64,000 bases of DNA, taken from positions 452,514-516,513 of the forward strand of contig JARVJP010000009.1 of assembly GCA_029776065.1 (NCBI GenBank), written 5' to 3'. This DNA comes from Nitrososphaeria archaeon (GTDB lineage Archaea; Thermoproteota; Nitrososphaeria; JACIWG01). Positions 28,412 to 38,227 of the stretch are shown here, piece by piece (position 1 is the first letter of the stretch; every line of letters begins with the position of its first letter). The notes beneath the pieces are model-generated. The model was not told the origin of the DNA and made no database searches. It saw only the letters and a program-made list of their open reading frames with translations. A program made the position numbers and the translations under genes.

Positions 28412-29148
28412 GACGTTGGGAACTCCCCTACTATTACTTCGCACCTTGCGCCATCGAGATAGATTTTGTAGATGTCACCTTTGTACTCATAAGTTATGAA
28501 CCATATTGGGGCATGTAAATAGTTTCTTTCTAATATGTTTACTTCTGTATTTGAAGTGATGATTTTGTCAACATCCCTCAGTATTAGGTACTGGTGTAAG
28601 GATTTGACTCCCTCTATCGCCCTGTCAACTGCTTCCTCAGAGTCTATCTCGCTGTTCAAGACTATCGAATACTTCTCAAGTTTTGTTAGATCGAATGGTG
28701 TCTTTGACTCTAGGCTTAAATGGTATTCTTTTTCTGGAAAGGGCGCGCCCTTTCTAGCTATAACCACCCAATCGTAGGATCTTTTGATCTGACTTTTTTT
28801 AACCACAGTTGGGCCGAGTCTCTCGAAGAAACCCTCATATGTTGTGATTGAGTCGAGTGAAATTACCCATATGGGAACGTAAACAAGCTTCTTCTCGACG
28901 ACCTTCCCTTTCTTCTTCAAGTCATGTGGTTTAAGAAAGCCTTCGCCGAACCAATCTTGTATTAACTGATCTATTTTGTCGATAGGTGCTTGATTTAGGA
29001 ACATGCTGTGTTGGTGTGTGAACGCCTTTGAGAGATCGAATAGTCCGGTAAAACCGCAGTACCCGCAAGTGAATATAATATCTCCTTTGTCAAATTTTAA
29101 TGGTGCACCACAATGTGGGCAACCGACTTCCTTGAGTATCTCAGGCAT
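28408..29148 (-). CDS. hypothetical protein with an N-terminal zinc ribbon
   Basis: CPHCGAPL...CGYCG at the N-terminus; 246 aa. Confidence 0.4.
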   Translation of the reverse strand: MPEILKEVGCPHCGAPLKFDKGDIIFTCGYCGFTGLFDLSKAFTHQHSMFLNQAPIDKIDQLIQDWFGEGFLKPHDLKKKGKVVEKKLVYVPIWVISLDSITTYEGFFERLGPTVVKKSQIKRSYDWVVIARKGAPFPEKEYHLSLESKTPFDLTKLEKYSIVLNSEIDSEEAVDRAIEGVKSLHQYLILRDVDKIITSNTEVNILERNYLHAPIWFITYEYKGDIYKIYLDGARCEVIVGEFPTS

Positions 29149-29198
29149 ACCGACAAGGTTATAAGTAGGTGAAAAGCCTTTTTTAAGGTTGCTATAGC

Positions 29199-30227
29199 AT
29201 GGCGAATTTATTCCAACTTAAGGCGAGGATGGTATTAGTTCTCGTAGCCCTGTTTATCTTCTTCACAGGCTTCTTCTATTTAATTTCATTCATTTTCGAA
29301 ATCAACCCCATCTATAGCTTTATACTCGCTGGTTTTTTCATTCTCTTCCAATTTTTACTAGGTCCTCTAGTTGTCCGGCTATCCACGAGGCTACGTTATC
29401 TGAAAAAAGGGGAGAACCTTTGGCTTGAAGGAATGGTGAAGGAGCTTTGTGATAAAGCTAATTTGGACGTTCCTCGACTCGCGGTCGTCGAAGATCCTTC
29501 TCCTAACGCTTTCACATTCGGCTACTCTGCTAAAGGTGCGACTTTAGCTGTTCATAGAGGACTTCTGGAAAAGTTGAACAACGAAGAGATTCAAGCTGTT
29601 CTCGCGCACGAACTTGGCCATATAAGGCATAGAGATGCACTCGTAATAACTGGGATATCATCGTTGCCCTTGATCGCTTACTTAATTGCGCGAAGCACTC
29701 TCTTTGCTGGGTCGAGCTATGGTAGAAGTAGGAAGGGTAAGGATAATGCTGGTTTCTTGATTTTAGTTGCTATTGTATCTTACGTAATATATGTTGTAGG
29801 CCAGTTATTTGTGTATGGTTTCAGTAGGATGAGAGAGAATTATGCTGATACTTATTCCGCCTTCTTGACAGCGAATCCTAGAGGGTTAATAAGTGCTTTA
29901 TCTAGGATAGCATATGGGCTTGCTTTGGCTCCGAAGGAGCAGGCGGGTGTTAGAGCTTTCTATATTTCAGATCCAATACTCGCTGCACATGAGGTAAAGG
30001 AGATTACAAATAGAAGCGATGTCTATGACTTGAACCGTGATGGCGTACTAGATGAGAAGGAATTGCGTTTGGCTATGGAGAAGGAGGCTGGGTCTACATG
30101 GGTTAGAATTAACAGTCTATTCGCTACCCATCCTCCAACTTATAAACGGATTTTACTTTTGAAGCAGTTAGAAAAAGAAATGAAAACAGGAGTATTTAAC
30201 GAAAAGCAGATTTATCGCTTGATTTAG
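29199..30227 (+). CDS. htpX: M48/HtpX-like membrane zinc metalloprotease
   Basis: Two N-terminal TM helices, HELGHIRHRD (HExxH), and further TM helices. Confidence 0.8.
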   Translation: MANLFQLKARMVLVLVALFIFFTGFFYLISFIFEINPIYSFILAGFFILFQFLLGPLVVRLSTRLRYLKKGENLWLEGMVKELCDKANLDVPRLAVVEDPSPNAFTFGYSAKGATLAVHRGLLEKLNNEEIQAVLAHELGHIRHRDALVITGISSLPLIAYLIARSTLFAGSSYGRSRKGKDNAGFLILVAIVSYVIYVVGQLFVYGFSRMRENYADTYSAFLTANPRGLISALSRIAYGLALAPKEQAGVRAFYISDPILAAHEVKEITNRSDVYDLNRDGVLDEKELRLAMEKEAGSTWVRINSLFATHPPTYKRILLLKQLEKEMKTGVFNEKQIYRLI

Positions 30228-30529
30228 GCTGCTTTCTTAATCTCTTCTTTCAGCTGTTCATCTGTCTTCCCTGTAGGATCTATTCCAAAGGCTTTCGCAG
30301 CCTCTTCGAGTTTCAATCTTTCAGGTGTTTTATTCATCTCTTTTGCTGCTGCTTCGATTTCTTTTTGTATTTCCATCTTTCCTCTTTGAAACTCACCTGT
30401 AGCTTTACCTATTGATCTTGCAACTTCAGGGATTTTACTGGCTCCGAACAAAACGACCACTAAAACTACAACAATCCAGATCCACTCTGTTCCTGCTATG
30501 TTGAGCAGAAGATCTTTTATCATTTCCAT
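30224..30529 (-). CDS. tatA: twin-arginine translocase TatA/E
   Basis: TM helix then an amphipathic helix, FGASKIPEVARSIGKATGEFQRG. Confidence 0.75.
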   Translation of the reverse strand: MEMIKDLLLNIAGTEWIWIVVVLVVVLFGASKIPEVARSIGKATGEFQRGKMEIQKEIEAAAKEMNKTPERLKLEEAAKAFGIDPTGKTDEQLKEEIKKAA

Positions 30530-30553
30530 TCACCAGAATCTCCTATAAAGGTT

Positions 30554-31333
30554 CTATTTAACCGTTTTCTTAGCTAGTATATAGCCAACTCCATATAAAA
30601 CGATCATAGGTAAGGCGATAAACCACATTGTTACACCGCTGCCGTCGGGGGTTATTAGGGCTCCATAAACGACTGAGAAGGCTATAAAGTATCTCACATT
30701 CTTCTTCCAACTTTCAGGCTTTACCAACCCAATCTTTGTTACACCCCACATTATTATTGGCAGCTCGAAGGTGATTCCTACTGCTAAACAGAACATTAAG
30801 ATGAACATTATGAATTCGCTGATCGTTATATAGGTTATTATCCCAATGTTCTGAGCGTAAGCGTAAAGAAACTCAAAGGCGAAGGGGACTACAAAAGCAT
30901 ATCCGAAGGCGCATCCTAACGCAAAAAGGAAGACCGCAGGGACGGTTAGTTTGAGGAGGATCATCTTCTCTTTTGCGTAAAGGCCTGGAGAGACGAATGC
31001 CCAGAACTCATAAGCGATGACAGGCATACCTATAAGGACCCCTAAAAAGATCGAAATGTACATTTCAGATATTAGTGCATCTGATGGTGATGTCACTATG
31101 ATTTTGACATAAGATGGCAAATTCTGGTCTCTAAGTGTTTCAATCAGTGATGAAGCTATGTTATGGTAAACGTTTGGGAATAGATAGGGTATGGAAATAG
31201 AGTCTGTCTTAAAGAACCTTAATTCAAATAGGAAAAAGACTAATGATAAAACCCCTACTGTTATAAAGACCTTTATGAGCCTCTGTCTAAGTTCCTCTAT
31301 ATGGTCAAGTAAAGGCATCTCTTTCTCCGGCAA
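30554..31333 (-). CDS. tatC: twin-arginine translocase TatC
   Basis: 259 aa, six-TM pattern; the N-terminal LDHIEELRQRL is typical of TatC. Confidence 0.85.
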   Translation of the reverse strand: MPEKEMPLLDHIEELRQRLIKVFITVGVLSLVFFLFELRFFKTDSISIPYLFPNVYHNIASSLIETLRDQNLPSYVKIIVTSPSDALISEMYISIFLGVLIGMPVIAYEFWAFVSPGLYAKEKMILLKLTVPAVFLFALGCAFGYAFVVPFAFEFLYAYAQNIGIITYITISEFIMFILMFCLAVGITFELPIIMWGVTKIGLVKPESWKKNVRYFIAFSVVYGALITPDGSGVTMWFIALPMIVLYGVGYILAKKTVK

Positions 31334-31380
31334 TCGACACCACTATATCGCCAAAATACTCTAATGGGTGCTCTTATAGT

Positions 31381-32079
31381 TTACCTAAGCTGTTCCGCCA
31401 TCTCCCTTATTTTAGCCTCTTGGTCTGCTGCTTTGACTATACCGCTAGCTACTAATACCCCTTCTGCTCCTAACTCAAGTGCCTTCCTAACATCTTCTCC
31501 TGCGACAATACCTGCTCCACATATCAACTTTGACCTAGAACCAGCACTCTTTATCCCATTTAGTGAATCTGTTATAACTTCTGGTCTCGCCTTAGAAACT
31601 GCTATCCCGCTCCCAATAAGCTCAGGTGGTTCAACTGCAATTGCATCAGGGTTCATCTTTGCGAAGATTTTCGTCTTCTCGTGATCAGCTGCACAAACGA
31701 CCGCTACAAGCCCTATCTGTCTAAGCCTTTCAATGGTTTGTTGTACAACTTCCACTGGTAACTGATGCTCACTATGGTTGATAAGTGAACCTGTTGCCCC
31801 CATATCTTTTACAAGCTCTGGAACTATAAAACCTGTTGTACTCCCAACCTTAGCCAGGTCAACGTGTTCGGCGTAGACAGGGATATTCACACTCCTTGCA
31901 GTGTAATAGAGTAAAGGGGTTGGAGGGCAGATAATGATGTTAACTCCCAAATCTTTTGCGACTCTTTCAGCTGCTTTCGCTAACTTTATTCCTCTCTCCG
32001 CTGATGATTCTAAATAGTTTTTTGTGTTGATAATTAGAACTGGTGTGTTTAACATACGGCATCCATGTAGGTATGTCAT
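31381..32079 (-). CDS. tpiA: triosephosphate isomerase (archaeal short form)
   Basis: INTKNY, NHSEHQ, AVEPPELIGSG motifs. The probable start is the internal MLNTPV. Confidence 0.85.
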   Translation of the reverse strand: MTYLHGCRMLNTPVLIINTKNYLESSAERGIKLAKAAERVAKDLGVNIIICPPTPLLYYTARSVNIPVYAEHVDLAKVGSTTGFIVPELVKDMGATGSLINHSEHQLPVEVVQQTIERLRQIGLVAVVCAADHEKTKIFAKMNPDAIAVEPPELIGSGIAVSKARPEVITDSLNGIKSAGSRSKLICGAGIVAGEDVRKALELGAEGVLVASGIVKAADQEAKIREMAEQLR

Positions 32080-32291
32080 TTTATGATAATAAATTTACCC
32101 TATTTGATTACTTTAAAAGAAAAATTTGTTGAGGAGTACCTAGAACTCCTCGTCTTCTTCTTCCTCCCAGTCCTCCTCCCAGTCTTCTTCAAAGTCCTCC
32201 TCAAACTCTTCTTCTTCAAAGTCCTCCTCAGAATATGGCAATTAATAACACCGTGATTAAATCAAGTCAAATATATTATTTATAAACTTTT

Positions 32292-32915
32292 ATGCCAAAT
32301 GGTGAGTGTATGTTCATCCACATCAAATCCGATGAAAGTATCCCTATGGCTAAAAAGGTGCTTTTAAGTGGGGGTGTAATTGTATACCCCACAGAAACCG
32401 TATATGGTGTAGGATGTATCCCAACAAATGAGAAAGCTGTTAATAGAATTACTTTAATGAAGGCGAGGGGTGATAAACCTCTTCCTATACTCTGTTCAGA
32501 GGCTGAAATGGCCTTTAAGTTGATAAAATGGAATCCTATCATAGATAAGTTGGCAGAGTTCTTTTGGCCTGGTCCCCTCACAATTGTGGGGAGGCTTAAA
32601 GAGGGTGTAGTGTTGCCTTATAAAGTAACCTGTGGAACTGGAAAGCTAGCTGTCCGCGTTCCAGCATTTGATTGGACGCTTAGACTTCTAAGGGAAGTGA
32701 ATGGTTTTCTAGTAGGGACGAGCGCTAACAGATCAGGATATGGCGCTCCAGTGACTTTATCTCAAACTTTGACAAGGCTTGGTCGTGACGCTGACCTCTA
32801 TATTGATGGCAACGAGACAGTGTACGGGAGAGAATCGACAATTGTTGATGTTTCAGATGGAAAGATGATCATCCTTAGAGAAGGAGCTATTCCAGTAAGA
32901 GACCTTAGGGTTTAG
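32292..32915 (+). CDS. tsaC: threonylcarbamoyl-AMP synthase, YrdC-type (TsaC)
   Basis: YPTETVYGVG motif; 207 aa and lacking the Sua5 C-terminal domain. Confidence 0.85.
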   Translation: MPNGECMFIHIKSDESIPMAKKVLLSGGVIVYPTETVYGVGCIPTNEKAVNRITLMKARGDKPLPILCSEAEMAFKLIKWNPIIDKLAEFFWPGPLTIVGRLKEGVVLPYKVTCGTGKLAVRVPAFDWTLRLLREVNGFLVGTSANRSGYGAPVTLSQTLTRLGRDADLYIDGNETVYGRESTIVDVSDGKMIILREGAIPVRDLRV

Positions 32916-33456
32916 ACCTTAAGAATTTCAAAAGCTTAGTTGCCGCTCTCTCGTAAAGGATTGTTGCTAAATCGTAGTTTTCTAATTCATGAAGGCTAAT
33001 ATCATGATATCTTATTAAAAACTTCTTCTTCGTCTCTGATAGTTCAAGTGCTTTATTGTTTTGTTCACCGATTTCCTTTATTTTCTCTTCTAGAAGATCG
33101 ATTTTATTTTTATCACAGAAACCTAGGATCGCGCAGTTCCTGTCGCCTTCCTTTAAGCCCGCATCCTTCAACGCTGCCTCTATTTTTTTTGTGCAGAGAA
33201 GTCTTAGAAGAATATCTAAACTTGGCTTATTTGCGATGAATATCCCCCTAGTGTATGCTTCATATGTTTGTCTAAGTATCATTTTAGCGTGTTCTATTCC
33301 CGCGATGAAGTTCGGGTCAACTACTTGAATTATAGCGCCAGTATCTCTTATCAACAGCTCTTTGAGCGATGTTATTTCAATTGGTTGTTTCAGATTAAGA
33401 CCGTAACAGAAGAGTTGCACCTCTTTAAACTTGTTCTTTTCCACCTCTCTTTTCAT
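32905..33456 (-). CDS. hypothetical protein, possibly the Cgi121 KEOPS subunit
   Basis: Pattern-level similarity to archaeal Cgi121 (IQVVDPNFIAGIEHAKMIL...; LDILLRLLCTKKIEAALKDAGLKEGDRNCAILGF). The call is tentative. Confidence 0.35.
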   Translation of the reverse strand: MKREVEKNKFKEVQLFCYGLNLKQPIEITSLKELLIRDTGAIIQVVDPNFIAGIEHAKMILRQTYEAYTRGIFIANKPSLDILLRLLCTKKIEAALKDAGLKEGDRNCAILGFCDKNKIDLLEEKIKEIGEQNNKALELSETKKKFLIRYHDISLHELENYDLATILYERAATKLLKFLRSKP

Positions 33457-34015
33457 AAAGCTTTCTCACTTTGTGTAGAACCTCCTTCCTAAGCCCTGTC
33501 TGATCTGCTATCTGATCGATGTTAAACCCTCTGTATTCTAATTCTTTAAAACATTCTAAAAGCTCCCACGGATATATTATCCAAGCAGCTGTTTCCTTTA
33601 TATAAATGTCTGGGTTGAAGATCCTATGAGGTTTCGCATGGAGTGTGAAGACTTTGAGTGTTTTGGGATTAAAGCCTTTAAGATATTCGACTGTTGCTTT
33701 AATACTCTCTCCTGAGTCGACAACGTCATCGACGACTAGAACATTCTTCGAAGATATAGATGTTCTAACAAATTCGGTTATTCTAGGTTTTTCCGCTCTT
33801 TTTCCGATCCCTAGATAGTACTTAACATCGAGTATGATTATGTCCATTATTTCTAGAAGGTCTGAGACGATTCTCCCCGGAACTAGGCCCCCTCTTGAAA
33901 GAGCGATCATCATATCGAAGTCTATCCCTAACCCATGAATTTTATTTGCTCCCTCTAAGCACATGTCAAAAATTTCGTCCCAGCTTGGTGAAATAAACTC
34001 TAAGTCAACCACCAT
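33425..34015 (-). CDS. type I phosphoribosyltransferase (purine PRTase-like)
   Basis: PRPP-binding motif VLVVDDVVDSGESI. Confidence 0.8.
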   Translation of the reverse strand: MVVDLEFISPSWDEIFDMCLEGANKIHGLGIDFDMMIALSRGGLVPGRIVSDLLEIMDIIILDVKYYLGIGKRAEKPRITEFVRTSISSKNVLVVDDVVDSGESIKATVEYLKGFNPKTLKVFTLHAKPHRIFNPDIYIKETAAWIIYPWELLECFKELEYRGFNIDQIADQTGLRKEVLHKVRKLYEKRGGKEQV

Positions 34016-34265
34016 GTGTCACAGGAACTAAGGTAACTATATCATGTTCATTAAGTTTTGTCTTCACCCCATCTAAAGCAGATATTTCTATCTCGTTGAC
34101 CAAAAACAATGTGTTCTCCCTTTTGATGGTAATTTCGTTATCAATCTTTACAGTGTTAAGGTAACGTATTAACTCGGAAATATTTATCAGATGGTCACGA
34201 ATCTGGATATGATTATTTTCGAAGACTTTCTTAAGATATCCTACGAAAACGACATTCATAACCAA
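34005..34265 (-). CDS. MoaD/ThiS/SAMP-like ubiquitin-fold sulfur carrier
   Basis: 86 aa ending in ...VTLVPVTHGG (C-terminal Gly-Gly). Confidence 0.65.
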   Translation of the reverse strand: MVMNVVFVGYLKKVFENNHIQIRDHLINISELIRYLNTVKIDNEITIKRENTLFLVNEIEISALDGVKTKLNEHDIVTLVPVTHGG

Positions 34266-34289
34266 AACCCGAGACGGATTAAAGTATAA

Positions 34290-34499
34290 TTATTCTGCCT
34301 TTTCCTCCTCTGCTTCCACAACTTTCTTAACGTTCTTGTTGACATAGCTTGTAATATACCCTGCAACCATGTTTCTCAAACTCTTGGAGTTGAACTTTAC
34401 ATACTTGTCTAGTATCTGCTTATTCTTCTCGAAGTCATCTGAAAACTCGTTTCCGTATTTGTTGATCAGCAAAAATGCAAGGTTCCTAACTTGTCCCAA
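34290..34499 (-). CDS. rps17e: 30S ribosomal protein S17e
   Basis: MGQVRNLAFLLINKYGNEFSDDFEKNKQ...SKSLRNMVAGYITSY matches S17e (MG.vR...DF..NK...SK.LRN.IAGY.T). Confidence 0.8.
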   Translation of the reverse strand: MGQVRNLAFLLINKYGNEFSDDFEKNKQILDKYVKFNSKSLRNMVAGYITSYVNKNVKKVVEAEEEKAE

Positions 34500-34505
34500 G
34501 AATTT

Positions 34506-35273
34506 TCATCTCCATCTCATTTTTCTCCCTATGTAGTTTTGCGAGTTATTTAACATGATATTTAAAGTTTCTTCCAGATTTTTCTTTAAAATATTTGATA
34601 TGGCATAAGCCACCGAGTAGATGAAGAGGGGGTTTGATGGGGTGTTTCCAAAGCAGGCGTTGTATTCGACAGGCGAATCCGTCTCTACCAATACCCTATC
34701 TAAGCCACATTTTATAAGAAGCTTCTGTGTTTTCTTACTGTACAAGACTGTGGGGCCAAAGCTGAAGAAGTAGCCCCTATCAAGGCCTCTTTCCATCTGA
34801 TCTTCTGTGCCACTAAACCAGTGTAAAAGTACGCTTTTAAGAGAGTATCTTCCAAGTGTATCAAGCACCTCTTGATAAGCCCTTCTTGAATGCACGTTCA
34901 CTGGAAGTAGGTATTTCTCAGCCAGTTGAAGTTGATGTTCTAAAACCCTTCTTTGGGCTTTCATTGGTACTCTATCCAAATATTTCCAATCTAAACCGAT
35001 TTCACCTATCCCACTGATCGAGTTCAATTCACTTACCACTAATCGATCAAAAGCATCTTCTTGGAAATTATTTGCCTCCCATGGATGCACTCCAACAAAC
35101 ACTTTAACCAATTCACTATGCTTTCTACCAAGTTCGATGCTTATGCGACTTGACTCAAGATTCATGCTGTTAGAAAAAATAACTATCCCATTAGCTTCGC
35201 ATGACCTGATTATCAATGGGAGAAACGGCTTAAGGTAGTCATCAACTAGGTGGCAATGGGCGTCTACTATCAA
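34506..35273 (-). CDS. tatD: TatD-family metal-dependent DNase/hydrolase
   Basis: MIVDAHCHL N-terminus with His/Asp/Glu ligand spacing; 255 aa. Confidence 0.85.
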   Translation of the reverse strand: MIVDAHCHLVDDYLKPFLPLIIRSCEANGIVIFSNSMNLESSRISIELGRKHSELVKVFVGVHPWEANNFQEDAFDRLVVSELNSISGIGEIGLDWKYLDRVPMKAQRRVLEHQLQLAEKYLLPVNVHSRRAYQEVLDTLGRYSLKSVLLHWFSGTEDQMERGLDRGYFFSFGPTVLYSKKTQKLLIKCGLDRVLVETDSPVEYNACFGNTPSNPLFIYSVAYAISNILKKNLEETLNIMLNNSQNYIGRKMRWR

Positions 35274-35337
35274 ACATCACATGTAAGCTTAGCTGAGTAC
35301 TAAAATTTTTATATAGAACAACAAAAGAGATGAACAC

Positions 35338-35565
35338 ATGCCTTCAGAAGAATTTGAATTCGGATTGGCCCCAATATACCGAATACTGAAAAAAGCAGGT
35401 GCGACAAGGGCGGGAGAAGACGCAATAATAGAACTCGCAAAAACACTTGACCAAATAGGTACAGAGATAGGCAAACATGCAGTTGAACTCTCCACACACG
35501 CAGGGCGAAAGACAATCAAAGCTGAAGATATTAGACTAGCAGCAAAATATGTGACCAAGACATAA
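35338..35565 (+). CDS. archaeal histone (HMf-like)
   Basis: 75 aa: LAPIYRILKKAGATRAGEDAIIELAKTLDQIGTEIGKHAVELSTHAGRKTIKAEDIRLAAK is a canonical archaeal histone-fold signature. Confidence 0.85.
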   Translation: MPSEEFEFGLAPIYRILKKAGATRAGEDAIIELAKTLDQIGTEIGKHAVELSTHAGRKTIKAEDIRLAAKYVTKT

Positions 35566-35600
35566 GATTCATAAATAGATAGAAAAGACCAATGAGCCAT

Positions 35601-35697
<97 letters not shown>

Positions 35698-35784
35698 TTA
35701 AACCCCACATTTAGAATCTCCACCAAATTTTGTTACAACCCTCTACGCATGAAGTCCACTTCTCCTAGGCAAAGGGGTATTTGA

Positions 35785-36984
35785 GTGCATGTCTTCGAAT
35801 ATTTGTATTCTAATGTTATTAAGGTTTTTATTTACGAAATTTTTGTCATGCTGAGTAGAAAGAATGGAACAAGAATAATGGTTGTTGTTCTCGTAATTCT
35901 AGTTGCATCGACTTCTTTTACAACCTTCCTCTATTTAGATTATAGGTCAAAATATGAGTCTTTGAATGAGAATTATGGTGTACTTCAAAGCCGATATGAA
36001 ATAATGCAAAGAAACTATAGCTCCATCAAGGAAGACTTCAAATCTGTCATCGAAGAATATAGTGCACTTAGGTCGAGCTATGACGCCCTACAGGCAAGTC
36101 ATATCACCTTACAAGACGGCTATGACCGCTTAAGATCAGACTACAGTAACCTGAGCACGCAATACAATAGACTTCAAGACAGCTACTCTAATCTAACCCT
36201 CCACTACGACCAGCTCGTCATTCAATACAACGAGTTACAGCACAAATTTGACAGCTTGGCCACCAGCCATAAGAATTTGGAGTCGAACTACGCTGATCTA
36301 AGCGCCCAATATGCTGTCATCGAACACGATTTATCAACTTGGAAGCAGCTTCACATAGGGACGACGCTTGAAACCTACTACGATCATGTGCGTGCGAACG
36401 TCTTGACCATCGGAGGCTATCCCCTAGGAGAAGAACGGTGGTGGCTCTTTCCCGACTACTATGAGATAAGTGTCAATTTAGCGGCGGAGATGGCGGCACA
36501 TGACGCAGGAAACCTCTACTGGCCAAATCTTGAATCCGAATCAGAATACTATAGTTATGTAGGTGAGTATAGCTACCAGACAGCTAACAGAATACTCTCG
36601 CGAGCACTGGCATTGGCTAATGTTACATACACAGACAATACGATCATAAGGATAGACAAGATAATGAAGTTTACAAGCTCAATCGTACACTATGAATCTA
36701 GGCTGATAGACCACATGTGGTTTCCAACAGAAACCTTGACCTTTAGATCAGGGGACTGCACAAGCTTCTCAATAATTGGAGCAGCACTATTTGAAATGGT
36801 GGGCATAAAGAGTGCAATAGGATTCTTCAAAAATAGCGAAGGAGAAGGCCACGCCATGATCTTAATTCATTTAGACGATCTAGAAGAATACCGCTACTAC
36901 TATTATCCCGACCTGTCTTCATTAGGCTTGAGTAAGGGTAAGTGGATAATTATAGAACCGCAATTTAATTCATTGTACGAGTAG
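35785..36984 (+). CDS. transglutaminase-like cysteine-protease-domain protein with an N-terminal TM helix and a coiled-coil repeat region
   Basis: TM helix VVVLVILVASTSFTTFLYL. Repetitive Y/L/Q heptads (NYSSIKEDF.. / DYSNLSTQY.. / SYSNLTLHY..). C-terminal RSGDCTSFSIIGAALFEMVGI...GHAMILIH...D (Cys-His-Asp). Confidence 0.55.
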   Translation: MHVFEYLYSNVIKVFIYEIFVMLSRKNGTRIMVVVLVILVASTSFTTFLYLDYRSKYESLNENYGVLQSRYEIMQRNYSSIKEDFKSVIEEYSALRSSYDALQASHITLQDGYDRLRSDYSNLSTQYNRLQDSYSNLTLHYDQLVIQYNELQHKFDSLATSHKNLESNYADLSAQYAVIEHDLSTWKQLHIGTTLETYYDHVRANVLTIGGYPLGEERWWLFPDYYEISVNLAAEMAAHDAGNLYWPNLESESEYYSYVGEYSYQTANRILSRALALANVTYTDNTIIRIDKIMKFTSSIVHYESRLIDHMWFPTETLTFRSGDCTSFSIIGAALFEMVGIKSAIGFFKNSEGEGHAMILIHLDDLEEYRYYYYPDLSSLGLSKGKWIIIEPQFNSLYE

Positions 36985-37489
36985 CAGTTGGAGCAGGACG
37001 ACTGGATACCACAATGGAAGCTTATTGTAGCAGCCGGAGTTCCCTATGGCGCATAATTGGAATGCAATATTAATTTATTATTGAACCTAATCGTATCTGC
37101 GGAATCAGCAAATTGTTCTTTTAAAGGTTGGAGCTTCTTGGAGGTTCTACTGAACAATTTTGAGAGGTCTATAACAAGAAATGGTTTGATCTTTATCAAT
37201 ACCTTGGGAATGATTATAGAAGCCTTCGTCTTTAAGCATCCAAAGCCGGTATTAAAAAAGAACATCCGGAATTAAGAGGCAAAGATGTGCTCAATTTTTT
37301 CAAATGGATAGGTTCGAGACCTTAGAAGGTGCAGAGAAGGCGTTGAAGAGCCTCTCACATGACGTGAGTAAGGCTTTCAAAGTATGTCCTGTTACGCACC
37401 TGAGGTTCAGGAATACTATAGGAGGGTTCTACGAAGCGAAGAAAAAACATCGTATTAGAACTAAGCCCTGAAAGTAAAAAAATTTCGTT

Positions 37490-37933
37490 TCAAGGTAGTT
37501 GTTTCCCGCAATGAGGACAATACTTCGCTGTGGGGTCGACGGCCCAGCCACAGTTCGGGCAGTACCTGGTTACTGCCTGAGGCGGTAGGGTTTTGAAGTC
37601 TTGTGGAGGTCTCCAGATGATGCCGAGGATCCCGCCGACCAGGCCGAGGGCGAATCCGATTACGAGGCCTCCGACGGCACCTATCCAGCTGAGGAATGAG
37701 AAGACAATGACGGCTGTTCCCCATGCCACATGGTGCTCTGGGTTTGTGTAAAGCATTACCGCCCCCACTACCATGAGAACACCGCATACCACTCCGAAGA
37801 ATCCGACAACCCCTCCAATGCCGCCTATCCAGAATGTGGCAACTGCGCCAACTGCCATGATAATCAGGCCCATTAATATGACGAATATTCCTCCGATGAG
37901 GGATAGGGTAAAGGCAACGGAAGGACGTGACAT
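37490..37933 (-). CDS. membrane protein with a C-terminal zinc ribbon, on an anomalously GC-rich segment
   Basis: Gly-rich TM helices then CPNCGWAVDPTAKYCPHCGKQLP. It is paralogous in architecture to 11786..12256. Local GC is visibly much higher than the flanks. Confidence 0.5.
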   Translation of the reverse strand: MSRPSVAFTLSLIGGIFVILMGLIIMAVGAVATFWIGGIGGVVGFFGVVCGVLMVVGAVMLYTNPEHHVAWGTAVIVFSFLSWIGAVGGLVIGFALGLVGGILGIIWRPPQDFKTLPPQAVTRYCPNCGWAVDPTAKYCPHCGKQLP

Positions 37934-38227
37934 AATCGTGTTCTATAGCAACTGTTATTTAAAAATTCCTTAATTATTTCATAACCCAAAATATCTAGGC
38001 GCATGTTAACAGGTTTCAGGTTGTTGGCGCCTTAGACATTTAATCAAAGAAATGCCTTGTAACTCTTTAAACATCGGCGAGTATCTTCATCCTATTTCCA
38101 ATTAACAAATGTCACCTTCATACAACTATTCCGTGCATTTATATTTAACACCTAAAGTCTGGTTATAATGATTTGTTATTTACTAGATGAGTTTAAAGAA
38201 TTTAGAACTGCAATAAAAACTACGAAC

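Noticed and set aside
37461-37787. 108-aa Arg/Pro-rich minus ORF and the 66-aa plus ORF at 37773..37973
   Set aside because: These are alternative frames of the GC-rich gene 37490..37933. The Gly-rich TM/zinc-ribbon frame is the coherent one; high GC inflates spurious ORFs.
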